In this document: in pieces, positions 59,305-64,000 of the stretch
Numbering within the stretch: position 1 is the stretch's first letter
How the letters are laid out: each line of letters begins with the position of its first letter
DNA from: Actinomycetes bacterium
Lineage (GTDB): Bacteria; Actinomycetota; Actinomycetes; Mycobacteriales; Mycobacteriaceae
Length of the DNA: 64,000 nucleotides
Direction: 5' to 3'
Assembly (NCBI GenBank): GCA_022601135.1
Contig: JAHZJB010000043.1
Coordinates: 20,075 to 84,074 of the forward strand
Program-made: the position numbers and the translations under genes
Notes under the pieces: model-generated
The model's input: the letters and a program-made list of their open reading frames with translations, nothing else
What the model was told of the DNA's origin: nothing
Databases searched by the model: none

Positions 59305-60447
59305 GTGACGGGCGTCGAAGTGTCCCCGCTGGCCTGGCTCGAGGAAGTTGAAACGCGGCGACGGGCAGCCGGGTTGCGACGGTCGTTGCGCACCCGCCCT
59401 GCGGTGGGCACCGAACTGGACCTGGCTTCCAACGACTATCTGGGACTGTCGCAGCACCCCGCGGTACTCGAGGGCGGGGTGGCCGCGCTTCGCACCTGGG
59501 GTGCAGGATCGACCGGTTCCCGGCTGGTCACGGGCAACACCGAGCTGCACGAAGCATTCGAACACGAATTGGCCGCCTTCGTCGGCGCCGCTTCGGCCCT
59601 GGTGTTCTCGTCGGGCTATACCGCCAACCTCGGCGCCGTGGTGGCATTGTCCGGGCCCGGATCGCTGCTGGTTTCGGATGCGCGCACCCATGCCTCACTG
59701 GTCGACGCGTGCCGCTTGTCGCGGGCGAAGGTCGTGGTGACGCCGCATGCCGATGTGTCCGCGGTTGAGGCGGCATTGTCCGGGCGTGCCGAAGAACGCG
59801 CGGTGGTGGTGACGGACTCGGTGTTCTCCACCGACGGGATGCTCGCGCCGCTGCGGGCACTGCACGACGTCTGCCGACGACACCGAGCCCTGCTCATCGT
59901 TGACGAGGCGCACGGGCTGGGGGTACGGGGGGACGGGGGCCGCGGGCTGCTCCACGAAGTGGGCCTGGCCGGCGCTCAAGACGTGGTCATGACGACTACC
60001 TTGTCCAAGGCGCTCGGCAGCCAGGGCGGCGCGGTATTGGGCGCGGCGGCGGTACGCAGCCATCTGATCGATGCGGCTCGGCCCTTCATTTTCGATACCG
60101 GCCTGGCGCCGGCGGCAGTCGGTGCCGCACAAGCTGCGCTGCAGGTGCTCGTCGAGGAGCCATGGCGCACCCGACAGGTGCTGGAGAACGCCGCGACGTT
60201 GGCGTCGATGTGTGACGTCGCGGAGGTCCCGGGATCGGCGGTCGTGTCGGTGATCCTCGGCGCGCCGGAAGTTGCCCTGGCCGCCGCCGCGGCGTGCCGG
60301 GAGGGCGGTGTCCGGGTCGGGTGTTTCCGGCCGCCAACGGTGCCCGCGGGCACCTCGCGGCTGCGGTTGACCGCACGTGCGTCGCTGACCGACGACGAGA
60401 TGACACTGGCGCGCGACGTGATCCGCGAAGTGTTGTCGCCGGTATGA
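59305..60447 (+). CDS. bioF: 8-amino-7-oxononanoate synthase BioF
   Basis: [46 protein letters not shown]. Confidence 0.96.
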   Translation: MTGVEVSPLAWLEEVETRRRAAGLRRSLRTRPAVGTELDLASNDYLGLSQHPAVLEGGVAALRTWGAGSTGSRLVTGNTELHEAFEHELAAFVGAASALVFSSGYTANLGAVVALSGPGSLLVSDARTHASLVDACRLSRAKVVVTPHADVSAVEAALSGRAEERAVVVTDSVFSTDGMLAPLRALHDVCRRHRALLIVDEAHGLGVRGDGGRGLLHEVGLAGAQDVVMTTTLSKALGSQGGAVLGAAAVRSHLIDAARPFIFDTGLAPAAVGAAQAALQVLVEEPWRTRQVLENAATLASMCDVAEVPGSAVVSVILGAPEVALAAAAACREGGVRVGCFRPPTVPAGTSRLRLTARASLTDDEMTLARDVIREVLSPV

Positions 60448-61124
60448 GCGTTCTCGTCGTCACTGGAACCGGAACCGGCGTCGGCAAGACCGTCGCTACC
60501 GCGGCGCTGGCATGTCACGCGCGGATGGCAGGCATCGACGTCGCGATATGCAAGCCCGTGCAAACCGGAGCTCGGGATGGTGACGACGACCTGGCCGAGG
60601 CGGCCCGACTGTCTGGTGTCGGCGAATTACATTCCCTGGCAAGATTTCCCGAACCGTTGGCACCACTGGCGGCCGCCCAACGGGTGGGTGCGGTGTTGCC
60701 CGCCAGGGCGGCGCTGGTGGATATGGTGACCGCGGTGGACCGGCCAGGCCGGCTGACCCTCGTCGAGGGGGCCGGCGGACTGTTGGTGGAGATCGGAGCC
60801 GACGGGCTGACGCTGCGCGACCTGGCCGGAGACCTCGGCGCTCCGGTGCTCACCGTGGTCGCGCCGGGTCTGGGCACGCTCAACCACACCGCCCTGACCC
60901 TGGAGGCCCTGGCTGTGCCCGAGATCGTCAGTGCCGGGCTGGTGATCGGTGCGTGGCCGGCCGAGCCGGGAATAGCCGAGGTGGACAATGCCGAGGCCCT
61001 GGCCCGGATGGCCCCACTGCGCGCGAGATTGCCCGCGGGCCTCGGTGCGGTGACGGTGCCCGAATTCGAATCGATCAGCGCGGCGGCCTTCGAACGGGCC
61101 TGGGTCGAGAGCCTCGGCGGCTGA
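60444..61124 (+). CDS. bioD: Dethiobiotin synthetase BioD
   Basis: [32 protein letters not shown]; ATGA overlap with bioF. Confidence 0.96.
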   Translation: MSVLVVTGTGTGVGKTVATAALACHARMAGIDVAICKPVQTGARDGDDDLAEAARLSGVGELHSLARFPEPLAPLAAAQRVGAVLPARAALVDMVTAVDRPGRLTLVEGAGGLLVEIGADGLTLRDLAGDLGAPVLTVVAPGLGTLNHTALTLEALAVPEIVSAGLVIGAWPAEPGIAEVDNAEALARMAPLRARLPAGLGAVTVPEFESISAAAFERAWVESLGG

Positions 61125-61645
61125 TGGTCCACTCTGTCGAGTTGTTGTTCGACGACCAGACCGACCTGGTGGTGCGACGTATCTGGGACGACCTGGCGGC
61201 CGCCGGGGTGCGTAGTCAGGCCGCGCACACATCCGCAACCAACCGCCCGCACGTCACTCTCACCGTGGCCGGACGGATGGACGATGCGGTATCCGCCGCG
61301 TTGCGCCCAGCGCTGATGCGGCTGCCGCTGGACTGCCTGATCGGGGCGCCCATGGTGTTCGGCGGCCGCTCGGCCACGCTGGTGCGGTTGGTGGTTCCGT
61401 CTGCGGAGCTACTCGGCCTGCATGCGGAGGTGCACCGGATCTGTTTGCCGCACATGGGGGACGGACCGCTGGCGCACGCGGAGCCCGGCACATGGACGCC
61501 GCACGTCACCCTCGCGCGACGAATACCGCCGGAGCAGCTGTCGAAGGCGCTGGCGGTGCCAACGCTGGGCCGGGATATCCGCGGCCGCCTCACGGGGTTA
61601 CGGCACTGGGACGGGGATGCGAAAGTCGTGCATCCGATCAGCTGA
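61124..61645 (+). CDS. 2H-phosphoesterase / 2'-5' RNA ligase-family protein (Rv1571 orthologue)
   Basis: Two HxT motifs (RPHVTL, WTPHVTLAR); TGATG-coupled to bioD. Confidence 0.88.
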   Translation: MVHSVELLFDDQTDLVVRRIWDDLAAAGVRSQAAHTSATNRPHVTLTVAGRMDDAVSAALRPALMRLPLDCLIGAPMVFGGRSATLVRLVVPSAELLGLHAEVHRICLPHMGDGPLAHAEPGTWTPHVTLARRIPPEQLSKALAVPTLGRDIRGRLTGLRHWDGDAKVVHPIS

Positions 61646-62240
61646 GCGCGTCGGCTTCGGTGTGACTGTGGGCGGCGATCCCGTCGACAAGCAGACGCAG
61701 GCCGAACGCGAACCGGGCGCCGGTGTCCTCGGCCCAGAGGGTGTGCGTGACGTCGGCGCCTGCGGCGTCCCATTGCATCCGCGACTGCTCGTCGGCGGTA
61801 AAGCCGAGCGCGTAGTAGATGACGGTGCGGGCGGCCAGTTCGGCGTGCGGCGGTTCCACACCGGCGTCGGCGGCTGCGGCACTCAGCTGTGCGAGTACGG
61901 TGCTCATGGCCGCTGACTGGCCGGCGGCGAAGCTGGCTGACACCAGTTCGGCGCCGTCGGTGTGCGACAGCAGGGCTTCGCGAAGCCGCTCGCAGGTGCC
62001 GACGATGCGATCGCGCCAGGTGCTGGTTTCGGCGCTGGGGGTGGCAGGGTTGTTGAGGGGGTTCAGGATTCGGTCGGCCACCGCCCCCAGGAGCTGCTGC
62101 TTGTTGGCGAAATGCCAGTACAGGGCACCGGGGGAGACTGCCAGTTCGCGGGCCAGGCGCCGCATCGACAGGTCGGCGATCCCGTATTCGTCCAGCAGTG
62201 CCGTCGCGGCATCGACCACGTCGCGTTTGTGGAGCTGCAC
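61638..62240 (-). CDS. bioQ: TetR-family biotin repressor BioQ
   Basis: TetR HTH ([21 protein letters not shown]); divergent from bioB across a TGAAC-N3-GTTCA site. Confidence 0.88.
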   Translation of the reverse strand: MQLHKRDVVDAATALLDEYGIADLSMRRLARELAVSPGALYWHFANKQQLLGAVADRILNPLNNPATPSAETSTWRDRIVGTCERLREALLSHTDGAELVSASFAAGQSAAMSTVLAQLSAAAADAGVEPPHAELAARTVIYYALGFTADEQSRMQWDAAGADVTHTLWAEDTGARFAFGLRLLVDGIAAHSHTEADALS

Positions 62241-62255
62241 ACCAGTACCCTAACC

Positions 62256-62268
62256 TGAACGGTGTTCA
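62256..62268. promoter_or_regulatory. BioQ operator between bioQ and bioB
   Basis: TGAAC-ggt-GTTCA, overlapping the TAACCT -10 toward bioB and next to the TAGGGT -10 toward bioQ. Confidence 0.9.
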
Positions 62269-62311
62269 ATTGTCGGCTCTGCCCGACGAGACATGCGAGG
62301 AGGCTCGACGG

Positions 62312-63307
62312 GTGAGCGACATTCTGGCGATGGCCCGGGAGCAGGTGCTGGACCGGGGCGTTGGCCTCGATCAGGACCAGACCCTGCAGGTGCTGCGGCT
62401 GCCCGATGACCGCCTGGATGACCTGCTGGCGTTGGCGCATGACGTTCGGATGGCATGGTGCGGTCCCGACGTCGAGGTCGAGGGGATCATCAGCCTCAAG
62501 ACCGGCGGCTGCCCGGAGGATTGTCACTTCTGTTCGCAGTCGGGACTTTTCGCCTCTCCGGTGCGAAGTGCGTGGCTGGACATCCCGAGCCTGGTGGAGG
62601 CGGCGAAGCAGACCGCCAAGACGGGCGCGACCGAGTTTTGCATCGTCGCGGCGGTACGCGGGCCGGATGAGCGCCTGCTTGCTCAGGTTGCGGCGGGGAT
62701 TGAGGCGATCCGCGACGAGGTCGATATCCAGATCGCCTGTTCGTTGGGCATGCTGACCCAGGATCAGGTCGACCGCCTAGCGGCGATGGGAGTGCACCGC
62801 TACAACCACAACCTCGAGACCGCCCGGTCGTTCTTCACCAATGTGGTTACCACGCATTCGTGGGAAGAGCGCTGGGGCACCCTGCAAATGGTTCGCGAGG
62901 CCGGTATGGAGGTGTGTTGCGGCGGCATTCTCGGCATGGGAGAGACGCTGGAGCAGCGCGCCGAGTTCGCAGCCGATCTCGCCGCGCTCGACCCACACGA
63001 GGTGCCGTTGAACTTTCTGAATCCACGGCCCGGGACCCCGTTCGCAGACCTGGACGTGCTGCCGGCGTCCGAGGCGCTCAAGGCGGTGGCAGCGTTTCGG
63101 CTGGCGCTGCCGCGCACGATGTTGCGCTTCGCCGGCGGCCGCGAGATCACCTTGGGTGACCTGGGTGCCAAGAAGGGCATTCTGGGCGGTATCAATGCTG
63201 TGATCGTTGGCAACTACCTGACCACGTTGGGGCGGCCCGCCGAGTCTGACCTAGAGCTGCTCGATGATCTGCAGATGCCGATCAAAGCGCTGAACGCCAG
63301 CCTGTAG
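62312..63307 (+). CDS. bioB: Biotin synthase BioB
   Basis: [11 protein letters not shown] (CxxxCxxC), [37 protein letters not shown]; GAGGAGG RBS before GTG 62312. Confidence 0.97.
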   Translation: MSDILAMAREQVLDRGVGLDQDQTLQVLRLPDDRLDDLLALAHDVRMAWCGPDVEVEGIISLKTGGCPEDCHFCSQSGLFASPVRSAWLDIPSLVEAAKQTAKTGATEFCIVAAVRGPDERLLAQVAAGIEAIRDEVDIQIACSLGMLTQDQVDRLAAMGVHRYNHNLETARSFFTNVVTTHSWEERWGTLQMVREAGMEVCCGGILGMGETLEQRAEFAADLAALDPHEVPLNFLNPRPGTPFADLDVLPASEALKAVAAFRLALPRTMLRFAGGREITLGDLGAKKGILGGINAVIVGNYLTTLGRPAESDLELLDDLQMPIKALNASL

Positions 63308-63313
63308 ACAAGT

Positions 63314-63574
63314 TTGGTGATGATCATCGACAACCCAGCCGTCTCGCGCGAAGGGGATCTACCCGCGCCTGTCGGCGCCGGCCGCTACAACGTGTACACG
63401 GGTGCCGCCGGGGACGGCACGGTTTCGACCGCCGCCCGGCTGGGCCTGGAGCCGCCCCGATTCTGCGCCGAGTGTGGGCGCCGGATGATCGTGCAGGTCC
63501 GACCGGATGGTTGGTGGGCGAAGTGCTCGAGGCATGGAATCGTGGACTCGAAGGATCTGGAGTGTCAGCGATGA
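63314..63574 (+). CDS. bsaP: Biotin synthase auxiliary protein BsaP (Rv1590 orthologue)
   Basis: YNVYTG...[30 protein letters not shown] (CxxC...C..H); directly after bioB. Confidence 0.85.
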   Translation: MVMIIDNPAVSREGDLPAPVGAGRYNVYTGAAGDGTVSTAARLGLEPPRFCAECGRRMIVQVRPDGWWAKCSRHGIVDSKDLECQR

Positions 63575-64000
63575 GCCTCGCGGGCGATGAGCCGCGGGTT
63601 TCGCGCCGGCGAGCTGCGCTGACCGTCGTCGCCGGTCTGGCCGGAGCGGGTGCAGTGGTTGGGGTGCTGTGGGCGTGGCTGGCCCCGCCCATCCACGGGT
63701 TGGTGGCATTGAGCCGTCGCGGCGAGCGGATCACGGCATCCCTTGGCAGCGAGTCGGATCACTGGTTCACCGCGGCAGCGTTGCTCATCGGCATGCTCTC
63801 GGTGCTGGGTGTACTGGCGGCGGTTCTGCTGTGGCAGTGGCGCGCACACCGCGGGCCGGTGCTGGCGGCTGCTCTTACCGTCGGCGGTGTCGGAGCCGGA
63901 CTGGCGGCCGCGGGAGTGGGAGCCCTTGCCGCGCATTGGAGGTACGGGACCGTCGAGGTGGCCGCGGTGCCAGTGTCGGAAGAACATCGGGTCCACTACG
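63571..64000 (+). CDS. DUF2567 membrane protein (Rv1591 orthologue), truncated by the window edge
   Basis: ATG 63571 overlaps the bsaP stop; [22 protein letters not shown]...[11 protein letters not shown]...[10 protein letters not shown]. Not in the ORF track because it is open-ended. Confidence 0.85.
   Translation, partial: MSLAGDEPRVSRRRAALTVVAGLAGAGAVVGVLWAWLAPPIHGLVALSRRGERITASLGSESDHWFTAAALLIGMLSVLGVLAAVLLWQWRAHRGPVLAAALTVGGVGAGLAAAGVGALAAHWRYGTVEVAAVPVSEEHRVHY

Noticed and set aside
61645-62312. Prophage at the Rv1571-bioB position (phiRv1 site in M. tuberculosis H37Rv)
   Set aside because: The interval contains only bioQ and its operator; no phage genes or REP13E12 element.

Overview
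High-GC mycobacterial chromosome window, most likely a fast-growing Mycolicibacterium-type genome (inferred from the bioQ regulator and the absence of several M. tuberculosis genes). The backbone is collinear with M. tuberculosis Rv1473-Rv1497, Rv1536-Rv1547 and Rv1558-Rv1591: ABC-F end, acnR-acn, ripA-ripB, moxR1-DUF58-VWA, fabG1-inhA-hemH, nfeD-SPFH, mutA-mutB-meaB, lipL, T-box/ileS, dinB1, ansA, lspA-rluA, dnaE1, ilvA, treXYZ, an acyltransferase, bioA-bioF-bioD, bioQ and bioB-bsaP. Two accessory insertions flank dnaE1. (1) A lower-GC gene pair between rluA and dnaE1 encodes UPF0261 and TIM-barrel proteins, together a split homologue of the plant antiviral protein Tm-1. (2) An ~11 kb block after dnaE1 holds an MFS transporter; a 1311-aa predicted secreted protein (signal peptide, PGRS-like Gly repeats, Ig-like domain, GH26 beta-1,3-xylanase-like domain, GH64 beta-1,3-glucanase domain) divergent from a LysR gene; and a four-gene carotenoid-tailoring operon (CrtC-like hydratase, GT2, acyltransferase with a +1 frameshift, CrtD/CrtI-family desaturase). 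No rRNA, tRNA, CRISPR array, transposase or integrase was seen. All family assignments come from motif recognition by eye; no database searches were run, and orthologue comparisons are from recall.
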